From: Macrostomum hystrix
Taxonomy: Eukaryota > Animalia > Platyhelminthes
Assembly: GCA_950097015.1 (NCBI GenBank)
Contig: CATNEN010000014.1
Location: 310,001 to 374,000, forward strand
Direction of reading: 5' to 3'
Length of the DNA stretch: 64,000 nt
This document shows, piece by piece, positions 13,911 to 26,605 of this stretch (position 1 is the stretch's first letter; every line of letters begins with the position of its first letter). A program made the translations under genes and the position numbers. The notes under the pieces are model-generated. The model had not been told where the DNA came from. It saw nothing but the letters and a program-made list of their open reading frames with translations, and made no database searches.

Positions 13911-14150
13911 GTATCGGCATACTTTTAGCTTATCTTGTACTCCGACATAATCTACACAATTGAATGTGATTCAGTCGAGTTGCAACTTTTAATTGTTTCG
14001 TTTAAACAGCAGCGAATGTTTATGATTTTATCTCTGCATGCTTAAGCTAATCCTCGCTTATAGTATTTTCGCCCGCGAGTTGATCAACTGGTCGCCCGTT
14101 GTGCAAATTTGGACTTTCCCTTTTTATGGGCTTGTTTATCACCAGGTGGA

Positions 14151-14318
14151 CAGCCTGGGATTCTAACTGTGTTTTCAGTCATTCACTAGTCACATAGCCT
14201 CCCATATGTTGGGAACAGAATCATCAGTCCATGTCAGCCTGGGATTCTAACTGTGTTTTCAGTCATTCACTAGTCACATAGCCTCCCATATGTTGGGAGC
14301 AGAATCATCGGTCCATGT
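14151..14318. repeat. Direct tandem duplication, 2 x 84 bp
   Basis: CAGCCTGGGATTCTAACTGTGTTTTCAGTC...GTCCATGT occurs at 14151 and 14235 with about 2 mismatches. Confidence 0.85.
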
Positions 14319-15104
14319 CGATGATGTTTTATTCGACTTCTACTTTTCACCTAAGGTAAAAAGTGTACATTTTTACGTCGTTTGTTTTTTGTATTTTTGA
14401 GTACCAACTGTTGTAACTGCCGCTGCTATAGTCATCTTTTTTGGTTCCTGGCGTGTCATTTAGCCCCTTCAGCGAATCCTTTCCGCTGCTTTCGCTGAAA
14501 TGCTAGCCTCCTCAATCTTCCTGCAGTTCTGTGATAAGCTGTTGACAAGGAGGATTAATTGAGGGTGCGGCTCGTAGACTTACTGGAAATCGGTCTTCAA
14601 ATTTTGAAAGGAGGTTTTAACATTGAGTCATCGTTAATGACTTTGAGTCATCGATCATCCCAGGCTTCATTGCACGGTTTAAGGTGTCTCAAACGCCAAT
14701 TCACATGGATAGAGCGATGACCCGCTCCGAAGATTTAATTTAGGCCCCGAGATGGCTTCTCAATGTTATTTGGCACTGAAGCCTTTGGAACTGAGTAAGC
14801 TCGTGTGTACCATTTGTCTATGTATTATACGAGACATAGTTTTGTTTCTTTCCGCATTTGCAGCAACTCAGTACCCTTTAGCAATGGCCCATCGATTAAG
14901 AAGACTCCGTGGCAAATCATTTGTTCCCTATTCACAGCAGCTTCGCGCACTACCACGCGATTTGATAATAAACACTTCTTCCTTTTATTTCTATATGTAA
15001 TCGTTCACAAGTTCTTCGTTCATTGGATTTTTTGCCTTGTTAAACCTTCATTAAATGAGCTACATGAACTATTGGTCAGGATTAGTCTCAATTAGTTTTG
15101 GTAT

Positions 15105-15870
15105 AACAACAACAACAACAAAGGACGACAACCCAAGGCCGAAGCCAGAGGGGCTGCCGTCAAAAGGCACGCGCAAGAGCAGAGTGGCGCAGAATTGTCA
15201 GTCCACGAGGGTCAGAGATCTCAGCGTCAGTCAATAGCAGTTCAGGATAGCGTAGCGCCCTCGCCTGACCACGCCGCCGGGGCCCCTGCAGGGAAAGCAG
15301 CAGCACGTCCTGCAGTGGCTCGGGGCAGCGCTGCTCCGCACGGATGACGTGGCCAGCCAGCTGCAGGCGCCGGATGCGCAGCAGCTGACTTGGCCGGCAG
15401 AGCTGGGCCCGGCGATAGAGCTCATCGTTGCTGGTGTTGGTGACGGCAGTCGGCGAATAGTGGACGCCGAAGGCGGCTCGCAGGAGTCCGGCGTGGGCGG
15501 CATCGAGTTGCTTCTCCTGTGTGCCGTTCAGAGTCCACGTTTGAGCGTTGTAGAGAAAGACGGTCTCTATGACGGCTTGAAACAACCGCCCTCTCAGCCG
15601 ATCCGGCAGCGTGGGGCACTGCAGGACAGTCCGCAGGGTGCGAAAGGCTGCCCAGGCAAGCGCCCTGCGTCGCGCCATGTCGTCCAGGATGTCGGGCACT
15701 TGACCGCCGAGATAGATGAAGGTCTCGCAGCGCGGCAGCAATGCCGCTTGCCCATTTACGCTGTGGCAGAGGATCTCGCCGTTGAGGTCATTTGGGACGG
15801 TCAGCACCATTGTTTTCTTGGTGTTCACGGACAGCCCGACCATTGCCGCCGCCGCAGTCAGCTGAACAGC
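15105..15870 (-). mobile_element. 5'-truncated RTE-like non-LTR retrotransposon (RT C-terminus/thumb plus 3' tail)
   Basis: Stop-free frame GLSVNTKKT..FIYLGG..LFQAVIETVFLYNAQTW..RRLQLAGHVIR ending at 15160, followed by a (GTT)n tail at 15105-15121, as expected of RTE-clade ends. Confidence 0.82.
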
Positions 15871-18225
15871 TGGTACAGCTGGCTCACCCACATAACTGTC
15901 CACAGCTGGCTCTCCCACATAACAGTGTCCACAGCTGGCTTCTCCCACATAACAGTGTCCACAGCTGGCTCTCCCTCATAACAGTGTCCACAGCTGGCTT
16001 CTCCCACATAACAGTGTCCACAGCTGGCTCTCCCGTATAACAGTGTCCACAGCTGGCTCACCCACATAACTGTCCACAGCTGGCTCTCCCTCATAACAGT
16101 GTCCACAGCTGGCTTCTCCCACATAACAGTGTCCACAGCTGGCTCTCCCTCATAACAGTGTCCACAGCTGGCTCTCCCTCATAACAGTGTCCACAGCTGG
16201 CTTCTCCCACATAACAGTGTCCACAGCTGGCTTCTCCCACATAACAGTGTCCACAGCTGGCTTCTCCCACATAACAGTGTCCCCAGCTGGCTCTCCCTCA
16301 TAACAGTGTCCACAGCTGGCTTCTCCCACATAACAATGTCCACAGCTGGCTCTCCCACATAACAGTGTCGACAGCTGGCTTCTCCCACATAAGAGTGTCC
16401 ACAGCTGGCTTCTCCCACATAACAGTGTCCACAGCTGGCTCTCCCTCATAACAGTGTCCACAGCTGGCTTCTCCCACATAACAGTGTCCACAGCTGGCTT
16501 CTCCCACATAACAGTGTCCACAGCTGGCTCTCCCACATAACAGTGTCCACAGCTGGCTCTCCCACATAACAGTGTCCACAGCTGGCTCTCCAACATAACA
16601 GTGTCCCCAGCTGGCTTCTCCCACATAACAGTGTCCAAAGCTGGCTTCTCCCACATAAGTGTCCACAGCTGGCTTCTCCCACATAACAGTGTCCACAGCT
16701 GGCTTCTCCCACATAACAGTGTCCCCAGCTGGCTCTCCCACATAACAGTGTCCACAGCTGGCTTCTCCCACATAACAGTGTCGACAGCTGGCTCTCCCAC
16801 ATAACAGTGTCGACAGCTGGCTTCTCCCACATAACAGTGTCCACAGCTGGCTTCTCCCACATAACAGTGTCCACAGCTAGCTCTCCCACATAACAGTGTC
16901 CACAGCTAGCTCTCCCACATAACAGTGTCCCCAGCTGGCTCTCCCACATAACAGTGTCCACAGCTGGCTCTCCCACATAACAGTGTCCACAGCTAGCTCT
17001 CCCACATAAGAGTGTCCACAGCTGGCTCTCCCACATAACAGTGTCCACAGCTGGCTCTCCCACATAACAGTGTCCACAGCTGGCTCTCCCACATAACAGT
17101 GTCCACAGCTGGCTTCTCCCACATAACAGTGTCCACAGCTGGCTTCTCCCACATAACAGTGTCCACAGCTAGCTCTCCCACATAACAGTGTCCCCAGCTG
17201 GCTCTCCCACATAACAGTGTCCACAGCTGGCTCTCCCACATAACAGTGTCCACAGCTAGCTCTCCCACATAAGAGTGTCCACAGCTGGCTCTCCCACATA
17301 ACAGTGTCCACAGCTAGCTCTCCCACATAAGAGTGTCCACAGCTGGCTTCTCCCACATAACAGTGTCCACAGCTGGCTTCTCCCACATAACAGTGTCCAC
17401 AGCTAGCTCTCCCACATAACAGTGTCCCCAGCTGGCTCTCCCACATAACAGTGTCCACAGCTGGCTCTCCCACATAACAGTGTCCACAGCTAGCTCTCCC
17501 ACATAAGAGTGTCCACAGCTGGCTCTCCCACATAACAGTGTCCCCAGCTGGCTCTCCCACATAACAGTGTCCACAGCTAGCTCTCCCACATAAGAGTGTC
17601 CACAGCTGGCTTCTCCCACATAACAGTGTCCACAGCTGGCTTCTCCCACATAACAGTGTCCACAGCTGGCTTCTCCCACATAACAGTGTCCACAGCTAGC
17701 TCTCCCACATAAGAGTGTCCACAGCTGGCTTCTCCCACATAACAGTGTCCACAGCTGGCTTCTCCCACATAACAGTGTCCACAGCTGGCTTCTCCCACAT
17801 AACAGTGTCCACAGCTGGCTCTCCCACATAACAGTGTCAACAGCTGGCTTCTCCCACATAACAGTGTCCACAGCTGGCTTCTCCCACATAACAGTGTCCA
17901 CAGCTGGCTCTCCCACATAACAGTGTCCACAGCTGGCTTCTCCCACATAACAGTGTCCCCAGCTGGCTCTCCCACATAACAGTGTCCACAGCTGGCTCTC
18001 CCACATAACAGTGTCCACAGCTGGCTTCTCCCACATAACAGTGTCCACAGCTGGCTCTCCCACATAACAGTGTCCACAGCTGGCTTCTCCCACATAACAG
18101 TGTCCACAGCTGGCTTCTCCCACATAACAGTGTCCACAGCTGGCTCTCCCACATAACAGTGTCCACAGCTGGCTTCTCCCACATAACAGTGTCCCCAGCT
18201 GGCTCTCCCACATAACAGTGTCCAC
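15868..18225. repeat. Minisatellite, 29/30-bp unit, about 2.35 kb (roughly 80 copies)
   Basis: Unit CCCACATAACAGTGTCCACAGCTGGCT(T)CT with variants; ends 9 bp before the Rab paralog B ATG; source of many spurious ORFs. Confidence 0.97.
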
Positions 18226-18233
18226 ATCTGTCC

Positions 18234-19372
18234 ATGCAGCAAACGCTCATACATCGCCGCCCACAGGGCAGCCACACGTGCGTCAAAATTGTTGTGCTTG
18301 GTGACGCAGGCGTTGGCAAGACCGCCCTTCTGCATCGGCTGGTGCACGGTGGTTTTAAAGAAGATGGCTATTATCGGGCTAACATAGGCTCGGATTTGCT
18401 GATGAAGCAGTTATCGCTGGAGGATGAAGCCGAGGTCGTTCTGCAGCTGTGGGACACGGCGGGGCAGGAGCGCTTCCGCTCACTCAACCGTGCCTACTTC
18501 AGAGGCGCTGACGGCTGTGCGATGGGTGCGGCTAAAGCTATTTTGCCTAGATTGCTCATAGTTCTTATTTCCCTAGCCGCAAATTAACGTTTTTAGACTT
18601 ACGAGGCGTAAAATGATATATGATTCTTGAGTTCGATATATTTGCCAATAATTATATCGCAGCGTAGCCCATAAGTGCTACTATGAGCGTACTGGCTTCT
18701 ACTTGTACTTGTGCATAATCAAGTGAATTTGCTTGACATTTATTGAGTCTAGAGCCTTTCACACTTTTAACTTTGTCTTGATACTGTTTTAATACAAGTA
18801 TATTAAATTGACTAGTCTACTCTTCTCTATGCGAGTTTAATCATACAGTTATGGCATTTACTATAGGCAGCGTCAAGTAATAGCAACATGCCAGGTGGGC
18901 TTTGAGTAGCAAATTTGGATATGTCGATTCACCAGCTGAGAAGAACTTCGCTTTATCATTCCTGTGCAGCTCTTCAACTAAATCCTCCTCCGCAGTGTTC
19001 GACCTCACAAGGGCCGCCAGCTTCGCCTCGCTCACTCTCTGGTGCGACGAATTTAGAGCCGAATCCGTCAGCGCCACTACTCCGCCGCCGCCGCTGCTCT
19101 TGCTAGGCAATAAAGCCGACCTGCCCACCGGCCTTAGGGCAGTGTCCAACCGCTACATCGGTGCCTGGTGTGAGGAGCAGCTGCCCAGCTCCTGTGGAGA
19201 ATACTTTGAGTGCTCCGCCAAGACTGGTATCAATGTGGAAGCTGCCTTCCGCCACTTGGCCGCTGCCTGCCTTGCCAGACGGCGAAGCCTGCGAATCAGC
19301 TCTGCGACTGCAGCTGCCCTGCGGCTCGGGTCTGAAGGGCCTGGCAGCAGCGATGGCTGCCTCTGCCGCTAA
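18234..19372 (+). CDS. Divergent Rab7-like small GTPase, paralog B
   Basis: Exons 18234-18525 and 18996-19372; same phase-1 intron position as paralog A. GDAGVGKT, WDTAGQERFRSL, GNKAD, ECSAK; C-terminal CLCR. Confidence 0.85.
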
Positions 19373-20620
19373 GCCTAGCTGGCCCTCGTGTCGGACGAGA
19401 AACATTTATTTATTTATTTAGCTGGCCCTATCGTTCTCGATCTTGTATATTCTGTGTACTGTTTTCTACTACACCTGAATAAGGCAGTTCTGCTTCCAGT
19501 TTAGGACCTGGACCAAGTCTGAGGGCTCTCGTTCTTTTGCGGTGCTTTTGGCTCAACTCTGAGTCGCTTTAAATATTTCGACTGCATTGCAACTGCTTTT
19601 CCAGTTTGCTTCTCTTCACGCTGACCTGGATTTAGCTTATATTCATAATGGTTTTATTCATACTGATCAATTTTGCGCTCGTATTTCAATTATTCGCCAA
19701 TGAATACTCTGTACAGATGTGGCTGAAGGGGGAATTCAATATGCAGATCTTTCAGCTTGCCAACGATGGCACATTCCTTGCTGTACGTAAGCTGCGGTAC
19801 ATTATTTCTTAATGTAATTCAACTTTTTATTTGAGCTCAGTTCACCCAAAGTGTTTTACCCAGAGTATTTTAAATACAATAGCAGTACATATGCATGTTC
19901 TATGTGGCATATCTTGCTGCCTTCATATTACAATAAGCTTCTTAAAAGTAGTTTGTATTGGTATTCTAAATTTTTCAATCATTTATGTTCTCAATCCTTA
20001 TTGCATCACCGCACCAGCTTCCATCCATTAGTCATAAATCTTAGAGTGCCATCATTCCATTTCCAAGCCTTTTTCGAAGCTAAAATTTGATAAACGGAAC
20101 TTTCTTCCCTTTTTAACAACAGGTACATGTGTACCCGCCAAATGATGAAGGTTTGTTTATTGTCCATCTCTTGGCAAGTAGCTTCCGTCAGGCGTCAGCC
20201 TTACTGATTACTGCTGCTTACACCATAATCATCTTAGTATGCTTTGAGACATATTCGGATCAGCCAGAATTCAAATTAACTCAATCGTAGCTTGCAATTG
20301 TTCGTACTGACACGTCGCTGCGTGACAAGACTTCAAGAAGGGCTCTGCAATTACATTCAATTAGGCTTAGACCCTCTGTCACGGCTGGGGCTAATGTGCT
20401 CGTATTCCTTGGCCAGCTATTATGGTACCTTTTGGTCCAATGGTCCATGGTATCCAGCTCTGAGCCAAATCAGTGTCAGAATGCTGTCGTGTGTCAGTCT
20501 GGCCGTCAGGTGTAGTTTCAGATTTCTCAAGGCTTCGAGAACTATAGCCCTTATAAATGGAGCACTGCATGGCTGTAGCTATCGCTGTGCGATTGAAATC
20601 CCCGACAAGGCGATCTTTGA

Positions 20621-21728
20621 ATGGCAGATTGCAGCGAAGAGCCGTCAGCTTCTCCAGGCGTCCTGGATTTAGCAGGCGATGAAGCCGGGGCCACGGAATT
20701 ATGGCAGCTGCGCTACTGGCCCAACGTGGCCGGCAGGGCCGAGTTCATCCGCCTCATCCTGGTGGAGGCCGGGCAGGAGTTCAGCGAGCTGTGCGACCCC
20801 GAGGCCATCTACCGCGACTTTAAGTGCCAGCAGAAGACCGGCTGGCCGGTGTTCGCAGTGCCCATGATCAAGCACGGTACACGGGGAATCGCTGCAGTTT
20901 TTTTGGGTTTATGCTTTGTCAAATTCTGGTGATATTCAATGGAATTTTTAAACTGGCAAGAACAATGAACACTTGCAGGAAACTTTTAGCTTGGCCAGAT
21001 GATGACCAATAGAAAGCTGACACTGAACACTTGCAGGAAACTTTTAGCTTGGCCAGATGATGACCAATAGAAAGCTGACACTGAACACTTGTAGGAAACT
21101 TTTAGCTTGGCCAGATGATGACCAATAGAAAGCTGACACTGAACACTTGCAGGAAACTTTTAGCTTGGCCAGATGATGACCAATAGAAAGCTGACACTGA
21201 ACACTTGCAGGAAACTTCGAGCTTGGCCAGACGGCGACTGTGTGCCGCTATCTGGCCGAGCGGCTCAACATGCTTCCTGCCACTGAGTTAGACCGCTGGC
21301 GCGCCGACCAGACCTGCGCCACTGTCATGGACTTTATCACCGAAGGCCGACTCGCCTTCCACGGACGCAACTTCTACGAGTCTTACTTCGGCCAGGAGGC
21401 TGCCACGCGGCCTTACATTGATTACTTCGAGCGGCACCGCCTGCCCAAGTTTCTGCGCCACTTCGAGCAGGTGCTCACGTTCAACGCCGCCAACTGGGAC
21501 GCCGATGTCGGCAAGTTTGTGGTCGGCCGGAGCGTCTCCTACTGCGACCTTTGCCTGCTGCACGTGCTGCGCGCTGCCGAGTTCCAGTTCCCCTCCGCGT
21601 GGGCCGACTGTATCAGCGACTGTCCCCGACTGACCGAGTTCAAGCTGGGCATGGAGACTCGGCCACGCGTTCGCGACTACCTGAACTCGCCCAGGTGCAA
21701 ACCGTTCGAAGGAAATAGCATGATGTAA
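20621..21728 (+). CDS. Cytosolic glutathione S-transferase (Tyr-type, alpha/mu/pi/sigma-like)
   Basis: Exons 20621-20876 and 21211-21728 (phase 1). LRYW..AGRAEFIRL, VPMIKHGNFELGQTATVCRYLA, VGRSVSYCDL, RPRVRDYLNS. Confidence 0.9.
20966..21235. repeat. Intronic tandem repeat, 58-bp unit, containing copies of the GST 3' splice site
   Basis: CACTTG(C/T)AG ends at 20978, 21036, 21094, 21152 and 21210; the last copy is the in-frame acceptor of GST exon 2. Confidence 0.95.
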
Positions 21729-22419
21729 TTTAGGATCGTGCCGGCCTGTCTATTTGCACATTGATTTTACTTGAATTTATATCTGGCAACCCTGCGTCTC
21801 GCTGTGCTGTACATTTCTGTCCTGCTTTTTGAACTAGGCAAAAGTTTTGGATCATTTGGCACCGATTTTCAGCTTTTTCTGTTTTTTATTCTCAGTTTTG
21901 ATTTTTTTTGGTCTCATCCCATCGCAAGTTAAGATACAAGTAATTATTTTTGCGCATATTTAGTGCCTGCATGCTTTTTATCCCGTTCTGGATTCCGGAA
22001 CTTTCCCATTGCTTAAAGGAGATTTGATTCATAGGGATTAATTAATTAAACAGCTATCAAGAGTAAAATGTATTCACAAATCAGTTATTATTCTGTTCAT
22101 CAAATTAGGTGATGGTGACAGTAAATTTGTGATTACAATTATGGGAATAAAATAATGTAAACTTTCGCATTCACGTCGAATGCGCCAAAAGCCCAATTTA
22201 AGACTCGATCGGCTGAAATATATATAGCTTGCGGCAGTGATTCCAAGTCATCATGTTTGAATGCTGATTGCATTCACGAAGCGTTAGTGTATCAATATTA
22301 ATATATCAACTATATATAATATTGCAAGTTTCATAAACAACCAACACTAGATATGTTGCCGAATCAAGGAGGTGCTGAACAGAACTGAGCACTAGCTGGC
22401 TTCTCCGTGTCTGCCTGTC

Positions 22420-23719
22420 TCAGAGCTCTGCAGCTTCAGCGATAGTCGGCAAAAGGCAGGGCTCGAGCACAGTATTGCACGGCCTCATTCGCTCAGCGCC
22501 TCGGATCTTCCGCAGCAGCAGCCGGGCTACTGAGTTGTCGTGCTCTGCGAATCCGCTCCTACACACCGCAGGGATGTTAAATACGCTCGGATCTTTGATG
22601 CCGTTGGTCAGGTTGAAGAAGCTTTGGATCGATATAATGTTGCCTGAAGTTGAATAATTTGTACAGTCTGAACACTTGCAAATCGTGTAAGCGTCTTCAC
22701 TACTTGACAACTATCGAGCCAGAAGAACCTGGGACAAGATGTTTGTCTAAGTCCTTAAACCACATCGGAAATGAAAATCAATCAGTTGGCCTAGCTGAGC
22801 CTATTTATACTACCTAAGTTACCTGAGTGGGCTAATCATTCTGTGCTTATTGCAATGGTGATCTTAATGATTATAGAAAGTTACTAAAAGTCTGATGTAG
22901 CGGTGATCAAATCTAATAGTGATCAGTAAAAGCTTGGCGCATGTGCCTTCAGTTGGTTCGAGCTCACTGATTTCTAACACGGTCTGCGACATCGGCAAGC
23001 AATGCTCCAGCGTCATCACCAGTGTAATGTTCGTTCCTCCCTGTACGGTCGCCTTAAACACCTGGCCGATGGCCTGGCCACCGGATGGATCTCCGAGTGT
23101 TATTGGAGACTCTCTGTTAAAGTACGCTGTAGGAGAAAACAGATTAAGGTGAATTTCAGGCACCAAACTCATAGGTCATTCGGATTCGGGAATTTTAAAA
23201 GTTTTGGACTTCGCTTCGTTCGGAATATGAACAGCTTACATGGCACACATTGCTTTGGCACTCCAGTCGGAATGTCGGAACTAGTGCAGCGTCCAGTGAC
23301 TCCATCAATTACAAACATCTTCTTTGTCTTCCCCACAATCAGGATTCGCTGAGAGAAAGCCTTGCCATCTGGGGCTTTGAACGTCTGATTCTGAGAAAGC
23401 AGCTGGTTCGTGTAGTCGTAGGACACGCTTCCATACCCCTAAAGTTGCAGCTCAAAATATTATTAATTTAGTCGCAAATTGAACAAATTGCGCAAATTGC
23501 AAATTGAAGGGGCCTATTGTCAAAATAACTTAAATCACCTACACTGGAGTAGGGCACGGCTCCTCCGAAGAGATATCCCAGGCTCGATTCCCACTGGTCG
23601 GGAGTGCAGCAAGTCTGCGCTGCCCCAGTTCGTGCTAGTGGAACAGCCAGGCAGACGATGCTTCTGGGCACCAGGAGCAGCAAAACACCTGCGAATCGCA
23701 GCAGCTTCAGGTGTGCCAT
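22420..23719 (-). CDS. Ependymin-related secreted protein (EPDR family)
   Basis: Minus-strand exons 23719-23543, 23438-23240, 23126-22968, 22643-22420, all GT-AG with consistent phases. Signal peptide, CCTPDQWE, SYDY, C..PKQCVP, CLPMS, FFNLTNGIKDPSVFNIPAVC. Confidence 0.85.
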
Positions 23720-25199
23720 TGTGCTACGCAGAATTTAAAGTGAATTTTCAAATTCAGCACCTCTAGACCAACGATTATTTTCAATTCTAACGAATGTTTT
23801 AAAATGGAGCTGAAATCTCGAGTCAAGATTAGATAAGCTGGTAGGAGACGAAGCAATAATACCCGCTGCGTTATCGAATGTTGCATAGAATATGGCAAGA
23901 AAATTGTGACTACCAGCATGCAGCAGCATGCACGCATGCAACTTATAGTAACTATGGATATATTTATTTTGGACTGCAGCGTTAATTAAAGCCTTGATCC
24001 GGCGAAAAATATCGCAGATGTTGCACTTTTAGCTTCCCGAATGCATAATCCACTGGAATTGTGCAATTGGCTGACTCAAAACGAAAAACAATGTGAAATT
24101 ACTGACCTCTTGTAGTTAAGCTTTATTATTAGTTAGTATTTAATGTTATTATTCACAATTTTCGACAAAGTTATTTACCATTAATATGTATATCTAGCAT
24201 ATGTTCTTTTCGATAAGTTATTTAGAAATTACGAGTGAGCAACGAAAAAATCAAAGAACTTTGACTGTTCCATATTATTAATTGACATTCTTTTGCGTCA
24301 GCGTCGAAAATAATTAATATCATATTCACAACGATTGCTCAAGCTGCCAATCCAGCTAAAGGTACAGGTACGAAAACTTACGCTATCTTTTTTCTTATGA
24401 TACAGTGTCCCTGCTGAGTGAGCGAGCATTCTGGTAGGCATCGATCACTCCCTATGCACTTAGTGCAGTGTCGGTGAATCAGTGCAGGAGTTGCTCGCCT
24501 TTCGCTGTTTGTCACACAGACAATGTTCCGAAAGCTACATTTTATGTATATGCATTAAACTATCACTTTTCCGCATTGTAATTTCTATTGTTATTTAAGC
24601 CGGACAATGCGCGCTACATGTACCATTCATGTGTACCGCAATCCAGTCACACATGAACCTTACTTGCTTCTTGATTTTCAACAGACATGAAGCTCTTGTA
24701 CCGTAAGGCTAGGGCTCGATTACTTCTGGCGTGACGTGTCAGGCAGCGCCACTGCATACTGGAGTGGCTCGATTACATTCGGCGAGTTGTGATGACGCAG
24801 AATGGCCGCCACACGTTTAAAAACCCGAGCCCATGGCCTTCATGGCCTCTAAAATGGGCCTTACCGGTGTCACGTCTTATTTAACTTCTGCTTAATTTTA
24901 TTCGGCTGAAGGAAAAAATTCAAGAAAAGTATACGGTCGAATATTTTTATGTCGTCTAATTTTTTTCGGCCATCTAGAATTCTCTGACTCACTGAACAGA
25001 ACAAAAACTATCTCATGGCTTATTTTATTTTTCTTAAAATATTCCGACAACAGTAGATAGATGATTGCAGCAGATTGCATTACAGAGAAATTACTACAAC
25101 AATCCAGGCCTTAAGAAAGTACTCATGCTCCAAATCACCAGTAAGAAATACTGTAAATCCCCTATTCGTAGTATTTCTTCATGTGACGGCCATTGATCG

Positions 25200-25700
25200 C
25201 TGTACTTTCCTGCGAGCCCGTACGGGTTATTGCTCAGGACACGTTCGACCGTGTAAACCTTGGCGCACCATGGCGTCTTCAGCTTGCCGCCTTTCCGATC
25301 GTCGCGGACAAAGTTCCACAGGACATGTCCCCGACGTTGAGGCTGAGGCTGCTGGCAGACGCCAGACACTGCTGATGGTACTGCTGCATGGCTTGCCGCG
25401 CCCGACGGATGCGCCGACGCATCAGCTCGACGGTCCGCCCACGCGCTTCTGCCTTTTTCTCTACATGACGGATCGTGACGTCACCGACCATGGCAGCGTC
25501 TGCTGGTCCGATCATCGATGCTGTCATTGGGAAGTCGCGGCTAGCGCCAGAACTGCGTCATCGACATACTCGTCCCATGCCGCAGAGTCGGAGTCCTGGT
25601 CGCACATTTTGCGCAGAGCTACGACTAAGCTCTGGTTGAGGCGCTCGCACTGACTTTTTGAGTTGACGTGCGTCGGGGTGGCTGTGTGGCATTGGTGTTA
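25200..25700 (-). mobile_element. Degenerate Gypsy/Ginger-type integrase C-terminal fragment
   Basis: HTATPTHVNSKSQCERLNQSL..LRKMC..WDEYV resembles the integrase HPQSNGxxERxN..WD segment; RKGGKLKTPW..YTVERVL is GPY/F-like. Interrupted by stops and frameshifts. Confidence 0.65.
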
Positions 25701-26605
25701 ATATCAGCCTTGTGCTCAGCCCCGTGGCTTGGTGTCCAACTGCTCGTTTTTTCTCTTATGTTAGTTTGACTCAGTCTTAGTCCCCAATTTTTTATCTTCG
25801 CCTAATAATTTGGCAGTTCTATCACACTAATTCGATATTTGTGTAATTTTACGTTGCTAACTAACGGACTAAACTTGCTAAATATTGCCAACGCGCTGGA
25901 CTGACTGGACGTTTATTTGGAGTTATTTGTTTTCGTGCAACTTGCTTTGTGTGAGGGCTGTTTTCCAAAAACATCCAGAATATAATAACATGCAAAAGTT
26001 TCGCATAATTTATCCTGCGTCAAATTAGTGTCTCTAAATGTTGTTACTGCCGCTGTGATGTTGCGGCCATTACGACATGCGGTCGTTGTGTCAAATGGGG
26101 CAATTTTGATGTGTGCTATTTCGCCCGTTTTGACATGGAACCTGAAAACCGCGATTGCAAAACCAGTCGGTGCGCAAGTGCATTTTTCTTTCACACTTGA
26201 AGCACAGCAAATTCTAACTAATATAAATGTATGGGCCTATCTTTCTTTTTCAGGATAAAATGGTAAACTATACGAGCATTGCTGTAAGTTAAGCATGGCA
26301 TTCACTTACACTAGGCCTACATCTAACTAAGTTGAAGTGTTGTGGTAATGTTCCGGTCTTTCCTCTCTTGTTTTGTGTTACTATTATTTTAAAACCTACT
26401 GATGCCACCAAAGCTTTTCTAGTGCTTATTAATATCACATCAGTGTCACTGTGACTTTTATTATCCTAATTGATATCAATTGTCTGAGGATTATTGTACA
26501 TTGTAATATCTAATGACAAGTTTTATTCTCCACGTGGGTTTATATTATATTGTAGGCCTAATATCTAATTACTGAATTTATTCGCCCTGTGGGTTTATAT
26601 TGGGT

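Noticed and set aside
14450-14750. Possible retroelement C-terminal relic on the minus strand
   Set aside because: Short, stop-ridden and without diagnostic motifs.
15868-18225. Possible CRISPR-like array (about 30-bp periodicity)
   Set aside because: Units are head-to-tail with no unique spacers, and the context is eukaryotic with no cas genes.
15792-18347. Many long ORFs (GEASCGHCYV / TVMWEKPAVD repeats) resembling Cys/His-rich proteins
   Set aside because: They are translations of the 29/30-bp minisatellite in several frames, with no unique coding context.
26039-26200. Cys-rich plus-strand frame (CYC..CGRCVKW..DVC) resembling a PHD finger
   Set aside because: Bounded by a stop, no start or clear acceptor, and an incomplete ligand set; could be a transposon relic but is not supportable without a profile search.
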